The position numbers were made by a program, and so were the translations under genes. Positions 41,577-52,269 of a stretch of DNA of 64,000 bases are shown piece after piece. Every line of letters starts with the position of its first letter. Position 1 is the first letter of the stretch. This DNA is from an uncultured delta proteobacterium (GTDB taxonomy: Bacteria; Desulfobacterota; Binatia; Binatales; Binataceae): the NCBI GenBank assembly GCA_963765675.1, contig CAVXXK010000001.1, positions 128,001-192,000 on the forward strand, written 5' to 3'. Below the pieces are notes generated by a model that saw only the letters and a program-made list of their open reading frames with translations, had not been told where the DNA came from and made no database searches.

Positions 41577-41942
41577 ATGAACAAGAATTCAGAGTCTGCG
41601 CAACCCTCTGTCCCAGGTATGCGGAGGCCGGCGTTCGTGATGGACGGCGCGGGTATCGTGGTCGATTGGAGTAGCGAGGCTGAGCAGCAGTTCGGATGGT
41701 CGCGGAGCGAAGCGATTGGCCGCAAGCTCTCCGAACTGATTATCCCTGAGCGCCATCGCACCGCGCACGAGGCCGGACTTAAGCACTTCATGCTGTCAAA
41801 GGGACGCGGCGCGCTGCTTGATCGCAAGCTGGAACTGGTGATGCTGCATCGTGATGGCCGCGAGTTTCCATTGGCAATAACGATTGGCTCGCAAGAAAAC
41901 GGAAGCGCGCACCTGTTTCCAACCTATATCGAGCGCGACTGA
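41577..41942 (+). CDS. Stand-alone PAS domain protein
   Basis: WSSEAEQQFGWSRSEAIGR..LIIPERHR..HRDGREFP. Confidence 0.85.
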   Translation: MNKNSESAQPSVPGMRRPAFVMDGAGIVVDWSSEAEQQFGWSRSEAIGRKLSELIIPERHRTAHEAGLKHFMLSKGRGALLDRKLELVMLHRDGREFPLAITIGSQENGSAHLFPTYIERD

Positions 41943-42051
41943 GAGCGTGCGCCCCTGAGCAATGGCAATAACCGGGGGCATCGGGTACAAAAAGATTCCG
42001 GGAATCAACGCCAAACGCCTCCCGTGTTGATCGGCGCCTCCTCCTGATGGC

Positions 42052-44382
42052 ATGGCTGTTGCTCTGGGGATCAGACTGATCAAATTTCCTATGCCTACAG
42101 CACCCGAAAACTCCGCAAACGCGGCTGCTCCTTCGATCTTCTCAGCGAACTCGGCGCTGGAAGTTGCACGCACGCGACAGAATGCGCGCGTGCAGGAAAC
42201 GTCTCGCGCGGCCACCGCTCCTGACAATCGTGAGGGAGCGCTGCGCGTCACCGCGGGCGCGCTGATCTTTTTGGCGGTTCAGTTCGTTTATATCCACGGC
42301 GACATGGGGCTGGCGCACGGTCTGAGAGAATCATTCGTGCTGCGTCATCTCGCCAACGTCCTCGTGATGGCGCTGTGCGCCTGCGCGATGTTGCATCCGC
42401 GGCTGGTCCCTTACTGGCGGCAAGTCGCACTCGCGGGATGCAGCTTTATCGCGTTCAACGGCGCGTACTCGGGCCTGATTCTCCACTCGCCGCTCAATCA
42501 GCTCTTCGCGGTGATTGTCATCGCAGTGGGAAGCGCCGCCCTGCTGCCGTGGAACGGATGGTGGCAAGGCGCAATGAATGCGGTCTGCACCGCAACCTTC
42601 GCGATCGCGCAACTTGCGGCGTCGCGGGGCAATATCAACTCACCGTTCTGGGCGGTCTTGATTGGCGCGATCGCCGTCGCGCAAGCCACCACGGTGTTTG
42701 CCGAACGGATGCGGCGTGAGCGGCGCAGCTTCGAACGCGCGCTACGTGAAAACGCGGCAAAGTTCGAAAGCGTCTTCCGTCACAGTCTCGATCCGATCTT
42801 GATTCAGAACCTGGCCGATCTCAAATTCATCGACGTGAACAACGCCTTCCTGCGCGCATCGGGGTATTCGCGCGAGGAAGTGCTCGGCCACGACCCGTTT
42901 GAACTCAACATGATCGCGTCGAACGAAGAATTGTCGCGGGTAGGCGTCGCCCTTGCCAAACACGGCAAAGCCCACAATGTCGAAGTGCGGTTCCGCAAGC
43001 GCGACGGCGAGACTTCGCCGACTCTGGTTTCGGCTTCGATCCTCGAGCTCGGCGGCTTTGACTGCGTACTCGTAATCATGCGCGATATCTCCGCGCTCAA
43101 GCAGGCGGAGGCGCAAATCGTCGCCGCAAGCGTTGCCGCGCAAGCGGCGACCCGCGCCAAGTCGGAATTTCTGGCCGGAATGAGCCACGAAATCCGCACT
43201 CCGATGAACGCCATGCTAGGGATGGCCGATCTGCTGTGGGAATCGCGGCTCGGCCCCGAGCAGCGCGAGTACGTACGGATCCTCCGCACCACCGGCAACT
43301 CGATGCTGAAGCTGATCGACGACATCCTGGATCTCTCCAAGGTAGAAGCCGGACGCCTGACATTGGAATCCGCCGATTTCGATCTGCGCGAGAGTATCGC
43401 CAACACCATCGAGGCGCTGGAGATTCGCTCGCGCGGAAAAGGCCTCGCGCTGACCTGCGAGATCGATCCCGACGTGCCGGCAGTCGCAACCGGCGACGCC
43501 CTGCGCCTGCGCCAGATCCTGTTCAATATAGTTGGCAACGCGATCAAGTTTACCGAACGCGGCACCGTCGCGGTGCGGGTTACTCCGGCCGTTGCCGCCG
43601 ATGGCACGCGCGCAATCCGTTTTGCGGTTAGCGATTCTGGAATCGGAATCCCTCCCGACCGGATTCAGCAGATTTTTGAAGAGTTCACGCAAGTCGATTC
43701 CTCGACCACCCGAAAATACGGCGGCACCGGCCTGGGCCTGGCAATCGCAAACCGCCTCGTTCACCTGATGGGCGGAACAATCGAGGTCGAGAGCGAACTC
43801 GGCCGCGGCAGCACGTTTCATTTCGTAGTCCCGCTCGTTCCCGTCGTCGCGCCCGTCGCCGCGCACGCCGCCGCGCCGGAAACGGCTGCGCTTGCACGCT
43901 CCGCGGCTGGAGCGACCCAATGGCGAGCGCTCAGAATTCTGCTGGCCGAGGATGCCGAGGATAATCGCGCGCTGATTCGCGCCTATCTGGCGAAGACTCG
44001 CCACGTGCTCGACACCGCTGAAGACGGCGCCGCGGCGGTCGAGAAATATCGCACCGGCAAGTACGACTTGGTCCTGATGGACGTGCAGATGCCGGTGATG
44101 GACGGGCACAGCGCGGCGCGCGCGATTCGCGACCTCGAGCATGAGACTGGCAGGCCGCGCGTCCCGATCTATGCGCTGACCGCGTTTGCTTTTCGCGATG
44201 ACGCCGAAAAGACGCGCGCCGCCGGCTGCGACGGCCATCTGACCAAGCCGATCAAGAAGGCCACGCTGCTCGCGCTGCTCGAAGATCATCTGCGTACTCT
44301 CGCCGAACAACGGCTCTCCGCCGGGGCTCCTCGAGTCTCCGCGCCTGCTTCATTTTCTCGCGTCCTCAAAATTCGCCCCTGA
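42052..44382 (+). CDS. Membrane hybrid sensor histidine kinase (TM-PAS-HisKA-HATPase-REC)
   Basis: MSHEIRTPMN, NAIKFT, DSGIG, GGTGLGL, LMDVQMP. Confidence 0.93.
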   Translation: MAVALGIRLIKFPMPTAPENSANAAAPSIFSANSALEVARTRQNARVQETSRAATAPDNREGALRVTAGALIFLAVQFVYIHGDMGLAHGLRESFVLRHLANVLVMALCACAMLHPRLVPYWRQVALAGCSFIAFNGAYSGLILHSPLNQLFAVIVIAVGSAALLPWNGWWQGAMNAVCTATFAIAQLAASRGNINSPFWAVLIGAIAVAQATTVFAERMRRERRSFERALRENAAKFESVFRHSLDPILIQNLADLKFIDVNNAFLRASGYSREEVLGHDPFELNMIASNEELSRVGVALAKHGKAHNVEVRFRKRDGETSPTLVSASILELGGFDCVLVIMRDISALKQAEAQIVAASVAAQAATRAKSEFLAGMSHEIRTPMNAMLGMADLLWESRLGPEQREYVRILRTTGNSMLKLIDDILDLSKVEAGRLTLESADFDLRESIANTIEALEIRSRGKGLALTCEIDPDVPAVATGDALRLRQILFNIVGNAIKFTERGTVAVRVTPAVAADGTRAIRFAVSDSGIGIPPDRIQQIFEEFTQVDSSTTRKYGGTGLGLAIANRLVHLMGGTIEVESELGRGSTFHFVVPLVPVVAPVAAHAAAPETAALARSAAGATQWRALRILLAEDAEDNRALIRAYLAKTRHVLDTAEDGAAAVEKYRTGKYDLVLMDVQMPVMDGHSAARAIRDLEHETGRPRVPIYALTAFAFRDDAEKTRAAGCDGHLTKPIKKATLLALLEDHLRTLAEQRLSAGAPRVSAPASFSRVLKIRP

Positions 44383-44484
44383 AAGATTTTCTCTCGCCTC
44401 TCGTCGCATACGCATGTTACGCTCGCGGCTGCGCGGGAGCTGCGCTAGCGCGGCGTCGAGCACGATCCGCGTGGGCAGTCCGCG

Positions 44485-46630
44485 ATGCAGCAGCTAACCG
44501 AAATCGAAATCATTCGATTCCTGTTCCAGATCGGCCTTCTGCTCGCCGTCAGCCGTATCCTTGCCGACCTGATGAAGCGCATCGGCCAAGCCGCCGTGAT
44601 TGGCGAGCTCCTGGCCGGAATCCTGCTCGGCCCGTCGCTTTTGGGACAGCTCGCGCCCGGGCCTTACGCGCTCATCTTTCCGGAGAGCCTGGTCGCGATG
44701 CATCTGCTCGAGGGAATCGCGTGGGTCGGCGCAGTGACTCTTCTGCTGTTCATCGGACTGGAGACCGACCTGAGCCTGCTGCGCGGAAAGGGACGCGCGG
44801 TTACGTTGGTCTCGGGCTTCGGGATCTCGATTCCGCTCGTGAGCGGAGTGATCCTTGGCCTGCTGATTCCGGCCGATAACCTGGTCGCGCCCGAGCATCG
44901 AATTATCTTCGCGCTGTTTCTTGGCGTCGCGATTTCGATCTCCGCGGTTCCGGTAATCGCGAAAATCCTGCTCGATCTCGGTCTGATGCGCCGCGACCTC
45001 GGGATGCTGATCCTGGCCGCCGGAATCTTTGACGATTCGATCGGATGGCTCTTGCTCTCGATTGTCGCGGGACTGGCCGAGCGCGGAGTGATTGACGTGA
45101 TCTCGGTCTCGAAACTGGCGTCCGAGACCGCCGCGTTTCTGGGTTTCTGCTATTTCATCGGCACTCCGCTCGCGCGGCGGTTCTTACGCTGGGTTGATGA
45201 TCGGACCTACGTCGAGCATGCGAAGCTGAGCGCGATGCTGGTGATCGCTATGTTATGCGCGGTGATCGCGCAGGCAATCGGACTGCATGCAGTGTTCGGC
45301 GCATTTATCGCCGGTCTGATGATGACGCAATCGGCGCGCGTAAAACCCGCCGACATCGGCGAGATCGAGGGAATCGCGACCGGATTCCTCGCACCGATTT
45401 TCTTCGCATACTCGGGCCTGCGCGCGGACCTCTCGGCGCTCAAAACTCCCGGCGTCGCGATCCTCATCCTGGCCATCGGATGCACCACCAAGCTTTTCGG
45501 CTGCGGCGTCGGCGGCAAGCTCGGCGGACTTAAATGGCGCGAGGCGCTGGCCGTCGCGATTGGGATGAACGCGCGCGGAGGAATGGGAATTATCGTCGCG
45601 CTGGTCGGACTGACGCTCGGCGTTCTAACGCCCTCGATGTACACCGTGCTGCTGTTGTTCGCGATGGTCACGTCGCTGATGACGCCGCCACTGCTCAGTT
45701 GGGCGATCGGCGAAACCACGCAGCAACCGAGCGAAGCCGATCGTATCGAGCGGGAAAAACTGCTTGCGCGGCTGCCGTTCTCGCACGAGGGCACCAAGCT
45801 CCTGGTGCTGAGTGGCGGCGGTCCGCACGCTGATCTCGCCGCGCATCTGGCAGCCGCGCTCGCCAACGACAAGGACTGCGAGCATCACCGTGTTCCGCGC
45901 GGTGACTCCCGGAACGCCGGCGAAGTCGGCCGAGTTCGACGCGCAGTTCACGCGTCTAAAGGCGATCGCCGAACAGGCCGGGGCGAAAAACGTCCACCAG
46001 CGCGTCGCCAGCGCGGACTCGGTCGCCGAAGCGATCACCGGCGAGGCCGCGCGCGGCTACGACGCGATCTTCGCGGGCGCATCGCACCTCGGCGGCTATG
46101 ACAACCTGGGTGGCGACGTTCTGCGCAGCCTCGTCAGCACCGCGCGTGCGCCGGTGGTTATCGTGCGCGGAGGCGACACCTCGGTGCCGTTCATGCGCGT
46201 GCTGACGCCCACGACCGGAGCGGCGTTCGCGCGCCTGGGCGCGACCGTCGCGATGCACTACGCGCGGGTGTTCGGCGCGCAGGTGACGGCGCTCTATGTG
46301 CGCGAGGCCTCGATGATCCCGCTGCCGATCTTTGGCGCAAGCAAGTCTCCCGACGCCGACGAGGGGCGCGAATTCGTCGAGGAGATTTCCAAACTCGGAC
46401 AGGAACTCGGCGTCAACGTCGAGGCCCGCCTTGGCTCGGGCCGCAAAATCGAAAATGTGATTCTCTCCACTGTCGCAAAAGACGACGTCGGACTGCTGGT
46501 GATGGGCGTGCTGTTTCGCTCCTCCGACGAGCGGCTGTTCTTCGGTCGCAAGGTCAGCGAGATTGTCCAAAAAGCCCGCTGCGCCGTCGCCGTAGTGGTA
46601 CCGCCCCAGCAGACCAACGGTGGCGCCTAG
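44485..46630 (+). CDS. Cation:proton antiporter (CPA2) with C-terminal universal stress protein domains; frameshift near 45877
   Basis: GELLAGILLGPS, GMNARG; USP-like tail in ORF 45812..46630 (ARCAVAVV); removing one base joins the frames as KDASITVFRA. Confidence 0.85.
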
Positions 46631-46633
46631 CGA

Positions 46634-47848
46634 TTGGACGGCGAGCTATCGCCGATGCTACTCAAACCGCTGGAGGCCTCGATGGATCCGCATCAGGAGA
46701 TTTGCCGCGCAATCGACGCGTACCGCGAAACCGCGGTCGCAACCAGCCGCTCGATTCATGATCGTCCCGAGCCCAGATTTGAAGAAGTTTTCGCCGCCGA
46801 GCAATTGAGCGGCGCCGCCGATGCGCTTGGGTTGCATGTCGAGCGCGGAATCGCCGGGCTCAAGACCGCGTTTCGCGCCGAGTTCGGTGGACACGGTCCA
46901 ACCGTCGCGATTTTCGCCGAGTACGACGCGCTGCCCAACGGCCATTCCTGCGGGCACAACCTGATCGCCGGCGCCGCGCTAGCCGCCGTCGCGGGATTGC
47001 ATGCGATCGCCCCTCAGTTGAAGGGCAAGATCGTTTTCATGGGAACGCCGGCCGAAGAAGGCGGCGGCGGAAAAGTCATCCTGATGAATCGCGGCGCGCT
47101 CAAGGGCGTCGACGCCGCGATGATGGCGCATCCGATGGACGGCGAATGGTCCACGATGCCTGCGCTCGCGACGCACGGCGTCCGCCTGAAGTTTCGCGGC
47201 AAAGCCTCGCACGCGGCAATCGCTCCGTGGGACGGGTCGAGCGCGCTCGCCGCGATGCTCTTGACGTTTCACGCGGTCGATATGGCGCGGCTGCATTTTC
47301 GCGACGGCTCGCGCGTCCACGGAATCATCACCAATGGCGGACAGGCCGCGAATATCATCCCCGAGATGACCGAGTGCCAGTTCACCACGCGCGCATACAC
47401 CAGCAAGTACGCCGAAGAGATGGCGCAACGAGTGATCCAGTGCGCGCGCGGCGCCGCGATGGCGGTAGGTACGCAAGTCGAGGAGACGAATTTCAGCGGC
47501 TACAAGAACATGGTCTCGAACCTGACCCTCGCGCATCGTTATGCCGCGCATTCGCAGGCGCTTGGAACGCCAACGCCCGATCCGCCGCACGGCCTGCCGA
47601 CCGGCAGCACCGACATGGGCGATATCAGCCATCGCATGGTCGCGATTCATCCAGTCTTCGCGATTTCGACCCCCGGCGAAGGCACCTGCCACGAAGACGC
47701 ATTCGTCCGCCACGCGGATTCTCCTCGCGGCTACGACGCGATGATCCGGGTAGCGAAGGCGCTTGCGATGACCGCGTACGATCTACTCGCCGAGCCCGAG
47801 CTTCTGGCCGCGGCCAAAGCGGAATTCTCTGCAAACAAAGAGACCTGA
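46634..47848 (+). CDS. M20 family metallopeptidase/amidohydrolase
   Basis: AEYDALP, HSCGHN, GTPAEEGGGGK, GSTDMG; true start may be 46655 or 46682. Confidence 0.9.
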   Translation: MDGELSPMLLKPLEASMDPHQEICRAIDAYRETAVATSRSIHDRPEPRFEEVFAAEQLSGAADALGLHVERGIAGLKTAFRAEFGGHGPTVAIFAEYDALPNGHSCGHNLIAGAALAAVAGLHAIAPQLKGKIVFMGTPAEEGGGGKVILMNRGALKGVDAAMMAHPMDGEWSTMPALATHGVRLKFRGKASHAAIAPWDGSSALAAMLLTFHAVDMARLHFRDGSRVHGIITNGGQAANIIPEMTECQFTTRAYTSKYAEEMAQRVIQCARGAAMAVGTQVEETNFSGYKNMVSNLTLAHRYAAHSQALGTPTPDPPHGLPTGSTDMGDISHRMVAIHPVFAISTPGEGTCHEDAFVRHADSPRGYDAMIRVAKALAMTAYDLLAEPELLAAAKAEFSANKET

Positions 47849-47890
47849 GACGGCAGGAGCGGTCACGCACGGGTCGGGGCGCTTCGCGCC

Positions 47891-48005
47891 AGCCGACGGG
47901 CCGTCGGCTACCACTGACTAAAGGAAATTTCACGGCGAGGTACAGCTAAATCGCCGTCCAACCAAATATTTTTTTCTGTCAGTGGTGGCGGACGGCCCGT
48001 CCGCC
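47891..48005. repeat. Inverted pair of REP palindromes between convergent genes
   Basis: AGCCGACGGGCCGTCGGCTACCACTGAC ... GTCAGTGGTGGCGGACGGCCCGTCCGCC. Confidence 0.65.
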
Positions 48006-48008
48006 TTC

Positions 48009-48416
48009 TTACACTCGCAGCCGCGCCGGAAGCTCAAACGATCCGTCGGCGGCGCAGGGGAATTCGAGCACTTCCGTCACCGCGTCGAGATTCAATTCAC
48101 CGTACAAATGCGGGAACAGTCCCGCGCGAGGCTCGCCGTCCGCCCAGCCTGTCGGCAGTGCGGCGGGTTCATAACGCAGCGGCGCGGTGAGTTTGCGCTC
48201 ATCGATGTAGAGCAGAACCAAATCGCGTTGGCCGTGAAAAAATCGGTTGGCAGTCTCGATAGCTTGCGCGAGGGTCGAGCAGTGGATGAAACCATCGCGC
48301 TCGAAGCTGGAAGGCCGGTAAGCATCCCGCGCGCTCTCCCATTCGGCGCGCCTGGCGATGTGCAGGATCACGCGCCGCCTAGTGGCAGGCGCATCCGCCG
48401 CCGCAGCATCCGCCAC
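48009..48416 (-). CDS. DUF952 domain protein
   Basis: ILHIA...W, DGFIHCST, FPHLYGELN. Confidence 0.85.
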   Translation of the reverse strand: MADAAAADAPATRRRVILHIARRAEWESARDAYRPSSFERDGFIHCSTLAQAIETANRFFHGQRDLVLLYIDERKLTAPLRYEPAALPTGWADGEPRAGLFPHLYGELNLDAVTEVLEFPCAADGSFELPARLRV

Positions 48417-48633
48417 CGCCCGTGAAGCGGCCCGCGTTGCTCGACGCTATCGCCTGCACGCCGGCCGCCGCAGCGTCGGCGCTAGAGCCGCGCGACGCAA
48501 AGGTGGACATCTCGCGTGCCAGGTGCGCGCCGCCGCATCGCGGGCACTGTGCGCCGTCGTCGCCGCGGCCCGGCCGCGCGAAGCTCTCGAACGAGCGGTC
48601 GCAATCGGTGCATCGGTATTCGTAGATCGGCAC
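48379..48633 (-). CDS. FmdB family zinc-ribbon protein
   Basis: PIYEYRCTDC...CPRCG; C-terminal GGCCGGGCAC. Confidence 0.85.
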   Translation of the reverse strand: MPIYEYRCTDCDRSFESFARPGRGDDGAQCPRCGGAHLAREMSTFASRGSSADAAAAGVQAIASSNAGRFTGGGGCCGGGCACH

Positions 48634-48645
48634 GATAATTATTCC

Positions 48646-49062
48646 TTAGATTGGCTCCGCGGATTCGGGTGGCTGCGCGTACTCGACCAGCACGCCGCGC
48701 GTCGCCTTGGGATGCAAAAAACAGATCATCCCGGCCAGTCCCGCGCGCGGCTTCTGATCGATCAACTGAATGCCCTTGGCCTTCGCTCCGTCGAGCTCGC
48801 GCTCGACGTCGTCGGTCTCGAAACACACGTGATGCAGTCCGCCGCCGCGGCGGGCGAGGAACTTGGCGACGCCGCCGTCGGGATTGATCGGCTCGAGCAG
48901 CTCGATCTCGCTCTCGCCGACTTTGAGCAGGGCGGCGCGCACGCCCTGCTCTTCGATCGTGGCGCTTTTGGTCAAGCGGAGCCCCAGAGTGTCGCGCCAG
49001 AACTTGAGTCCCGCATCCAGGCTTGGCACGACCACGCCTACATGATGAATCCGCTTGAGCAT
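48646..49062 (-). CDS. mce: Methylmalonyl-CoA epimerase
   Basis: IHHVGVVV, EIELLEP, GLHHVCFETDD, FLHPKATRGVLVE. Confidence 0.85.
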   Translation of the reverse strand: MLKRIHHVGVVVPSLDAGLKFWRDTLGLRLTKSATIEEQGVRAALLKVGESEIELLEPINPDGGVAKFLARRGGGLHHVCFETDDVERELDGAKAKGIQLIDQKPRAGLAGMICFLHPKATRGVLVEYAQPPESAEPI

Positions 49063-49075
49063 CGCACCCGCTTGC

Positions 49076-51466
49076 CTACTTCTTCAGACAAATCTTCTTC
49101 TGCAACAGATCCCATCGCGAGAGCATCTCGGGCGAACCAAGGGTCGGATGCTCGGCGCGGGTCGACGCGAGCTTGTTGCACGCGCCGGCGATATTGCCCT
49201 GTTTCGAATAAATCTCCGCGATCTGATACTTGGCCTCATACCACAGCGGGTCGGACTCGGCCGCCGTGCTTTCGACGTTGGTCCACAAAGTGACCGCGTC
49301 TTTGAGATCGCCCTTGGCCTGCGCGATACGCGCCAGACCGGCGTTTGCATCGGGCGACGCGGCATCGGCCTTCACGACTTGGTCGAAGATGGTCTTGGCC
49401 TTGTCGACGTTGTTCTGCGCGATATACGCCTGACCAAGGATCGACAGCGTACCGGTCAGGTTCTTGGCCGGAGTCTTGCCCGACATAACCTGATCCTCGA
49501 AGAAATCGTACGCGGTCTGGGTCAGCTTGGCGTTGGCGACATAGGCCTTCTGGTCGCCCTTGGCCTGCGCCTCCTGCGCAGCGTGCCAGAAGTCCAACCC
49601 CAACTCCTTGACGAAGTCGGTGTTGGGGTTTTTCATCGTCTTGTATCTTGCCACCACGGACTGCACATCTTTCTCCACGTCGTCGTAGCGGCCGAGATGA
49701 TCGAGCGCCGTGATGCGCCATTCCTGCACATCGCTGAACTTGTCGCTCATCGCTGGATACTGCTGTTCGTAGTTCATCAGCAGATCGGCGATTTGCTTGG
49801 GATCGGCGTTCTTCTGGCCCTGGATCAAACCGGCGAGCATATAGATAGCGCGGCCCTTGGTCTCGTGGATGAACTTCTTCTGCGCAGCGCTGCCGGCGGT
49901 GCGCTCGGCCTCGGGCTCCATCCGGATAGTATCCTGCAGGTCCTTGACCGTCTGCGCGCGGAGCTGATCCATGTTAACCGGCGGCGCGTTCTTTTCGTTC
50001 TTATTGCCTGCGGCGGCGAGCGCCTGGTAGTCGCACTCGGCCGAATTGTACTTCGCGGTGAAGCTGTACTCGTTGTTGCCGGTCACCTGCTGATACATCT
50101 TGGAGGCTTCGAGGAAGTTGCCCTGGCGCTGCATGCGCTCGGCCAGGCGGAAGCGCATTTCGGGCGCGTACTCGCCGCCTGAGTATTTCGAGACATAATC
50201 GGTCGCGGCCTTGACCCACTGGTCCTCGAGCTGAGTGTTCTTCATCCCGCTCGACTCCCACTGGCCCCGCGGGAGCTTGTACTTCATGTAAGCGGCCCAC
50301 TGCGCATCGGCGCCGCCGGCGCGCTCGACGTCGGTCAGGAGCTGCTCGACCTGGTCGAAGCGCTTTTCATTGAAGTAGATATCGGCCGCGTAGCGATAGC
50401 CCTTGGCATACTTCGAGCTGCCGCGCGCCGCGTCGACGTAATACTTGGCCGCGCCTGCCTGATCCTTGCGCGCAAGCAGCACGTTGGCCGTCAGCCACTT
50501 TTCAAACGGATCGTTCGAGCTGCCGAATTCCTGGGTCACGCTCTGCGAGTACTTGGCCACTGCGGCAACCGCGATCGCCCATTTCTCCTTGTCGCCTTCC
50601 ATGGTCTTGAGCTTAGCGACGATCTGCTGGTGGTAAGCAGCCTTCTTCGCGGAGTCATGGGTGGCGTTTTCCGCAGTGAACAGCGCCTGCAGCTGCAGCA
50701 TCTCGCCGCCACCAGTGTTGGTTGCCTGCGCGCCCATGCACTTGGCGCCCTCTTCGCTGTTGCCCATCTGCATATAGGTCGTGCACAACCCCTGATGGGC
50801 GGGATTGTACTGCGCGGTCTCGGCGCCGCCTTCCATGATCTGCTTGAAATCGGCGATCGCCTTGTCGTACTCCGACTTGTCGAACTTGCCGAGCTCGCGT
50901 TCGGCGTACGCTCGGCCGAGCAGGTTCTCGCGCACCAGGTTGGGCTCGAAGATCACCAGTGTGCTCTCGGTGAAGCCGTCGATCGCCTCGTTGAGCAGTT
51001 TCTTGGACATCGTCGAGTCGCCGGAATAAACCGTGGTCGCGCCCTGGAACCGCAGCCATGAAAGCGGATACAGCGCCTGCAGCGAGAGCTTCTCAGGCTC
51101 GGTGTAGTCGCACTGGCCGCCGTTATCCATCTGCTCGATACAGTCGTCCTTCTTTTTCTTCCACGTGCTGTACATCGTGCTGAGCGCGTCATCGAGCTGA
51201 TTGTACGTCGGTCCAAGGGCCGACCGATCAACCTTGCCGCTCGAAGAAACTTTGGCGAACTGCGCCTCGAGCCGGTCGAGATCGCTGATTACCTCGCCCG
51301 CCGTGGTCGGATCGGTCCTGGCCGCAGACATCTTGCCCTGGATACTGGAGAGCTGGGACTGGATGTCGCCCAGGCTCTGCGCACGTACGGCGCTGGTGGC
51401 GAACACCAACGCGCCGACAACCGCAATTGTCACCGACGCGCGGTGAACCATCGAAAGTGACTTCAT
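49076..51466 (-). CDS. Large secreted tetratricopeptide-repeat protein
   Basis: Signal peptide ending AVRA; Ala/Tyr-rich helical repeats; C-terminal WYEAKYQIA..AC. Confidence 0.75.
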   Translation of the reverse strand: MKSLSMVHRASVTIAVVGALVFATSAVRAQSLGDIQSQLSSIQGKMSAARTDPTTAGEVISDLDRLEAQFAKVSSSGKVDRSALGPTYNQLDDALSTMYSTWKKKKDDCIEQMDNGGQCDYTEPEKLSLQALYPLSWLRFQGATTVYSGDSTMSKKLLNEAIDGFTESTLVIFEPNLVRENLLGRAYAERELGKFDKSEYDKAIADFKQIMEGGAETAQYNPAHQGLCTTYMQMGNSEEGAKCMGAQATNTGGGEMLQLQALFTAENATHDSAKKAAYHQQIVAKLKTMEGDKEKWAIAVAAVAKYSQSVTQEFGSSNDPFEKWLTANVLLARKDQAGAAKYYVDAARGSSKYAKGYRYAADIYFNEKRFDQVEQLLTDVERAGGADAQWAAYMKYKLPRGQWESSGMKNTQLEDQWVKAATDYVSKYSGGEYAPEMRFRLAERMQRQGNFLEASKMYQQVTGNNEYSFTAKYNSAECDYQALAAAGNKNEKNAPPVNMDQLRAQTVKDLQDTIRMEPEAERTAGSAAQKKFIHETKGRAIYMLAGLIQGQKNADPKQIADLLMNYEQQYPAMSDKFSDVQEWRITALDHLGRYDDVEKDVQSVVARYKTMKNPNTDFVKELGLDFWHAAQEAQAKGDQKAYVANAKLTQTAYDFFEDQVMSGKTPAKNLTGTLSILGQAYIAQNNVDKAKTIFDQVVKADAASPDANAGLARIAQAKGDLKDAVTLWTNVESTAAESDPLWYEAKYQIAEIYSKQGNIAGACNKLASTRAEHPTLGSPEMLSRWDLLQKKICLKK

Positions 51467-51534
51467 TTTTATACGCCCCACGTGGTCTGGCCTGGAAAAG
51501 GCTCGCCCTAAATAAGGATAATCCCCATAGATCG

Positions 51535-52254
51535 TCAAGCGATCTTCAATCTTTGCGTAACCATGCCGAGATTGGCAAGCGCGTTGATTCGAGCCGCGCG
51601 AGCCTCGCATAGCTGATCCGCAGGCAGCTTTGGATCGAGCAGAACCGCGAAAAACCCGAGCTCGCGCGCAGGCTCGAAGTCATGATGCGTCGAATCGCCT
51701 ACGTGCATCGCCTCAGCGGCGCCTATCCGATGCCGCGCGAGGGCGGCGTCGAAAATCTCGCGCCGCGGCTTCGCGTAGCCTGCTTCCGAAGAAATGGTAA
51801 TCGAGTCGAAGTACGCGGCGAGCCCAAGCCCTTCGAGCAGTCCGTAGAGCCGAAAATCGAAGTTCGAGATGACGCCCAGCTCGAACCCGGCCCGCTTCAG
51901 ACCACGCAGCGTCGATACCGCCGCGGGATCCGCTTCCCAATGCGCAGGCTCGGCGAAGTATGCAAATAATGCCTCGAAGCATCCATCCAGATCGAATGCG
52001 CCCAATCCCGCGAAGCTCTCTGCGACTACCGCGCGCCACCATCCGCGCTCAAGCGCGCGGAGCTCATCGGCTCGATGGCCACGGCCGAACGCGATTACCG
52101 GTGCGGCCGCGAACGCGCGCCTGAAGCCCTCGATCACCGCCGCCTCGGGCGCGTCGAGACCGTGCTCGCGCGCGATTCGCGCGTAGGTGCGTCCGACAGG
52201 CTCGCGCGCCTCGAACAGGGTCCCGGCCGCGTCGAAGAAAATCGCCTTCAGCAT
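51535..52254 (-). CDS. HAD-IA family hydrolase
   Basis: FFDAAGTL, ISNFD, KP, HVGDS..HD. Confidence 0.9.
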   Translation of the reverse strand: MLKAIFFDAAGTLFEAREPVGRTYARIAREHGLDAPEAAVIEGFRRAFAAAPVIAFGRGHRADELRALERGWWRAVVAESFAGLGAFDLDGCFEALFAYFAEPAHWEADPAAVSTLRGLKRAGFELGVISNFDFRLYGLLEGLGLAAYFDSITISSEAGYAKPRREIFDAALARHRIGAAEAMHVGDSTHHDFEPARELGFFAVLLDPKLPADQLCEARAARINALANLGMVTQRLKIA

Positions 52255-52269
52255 GATTCGCGGCGTGGC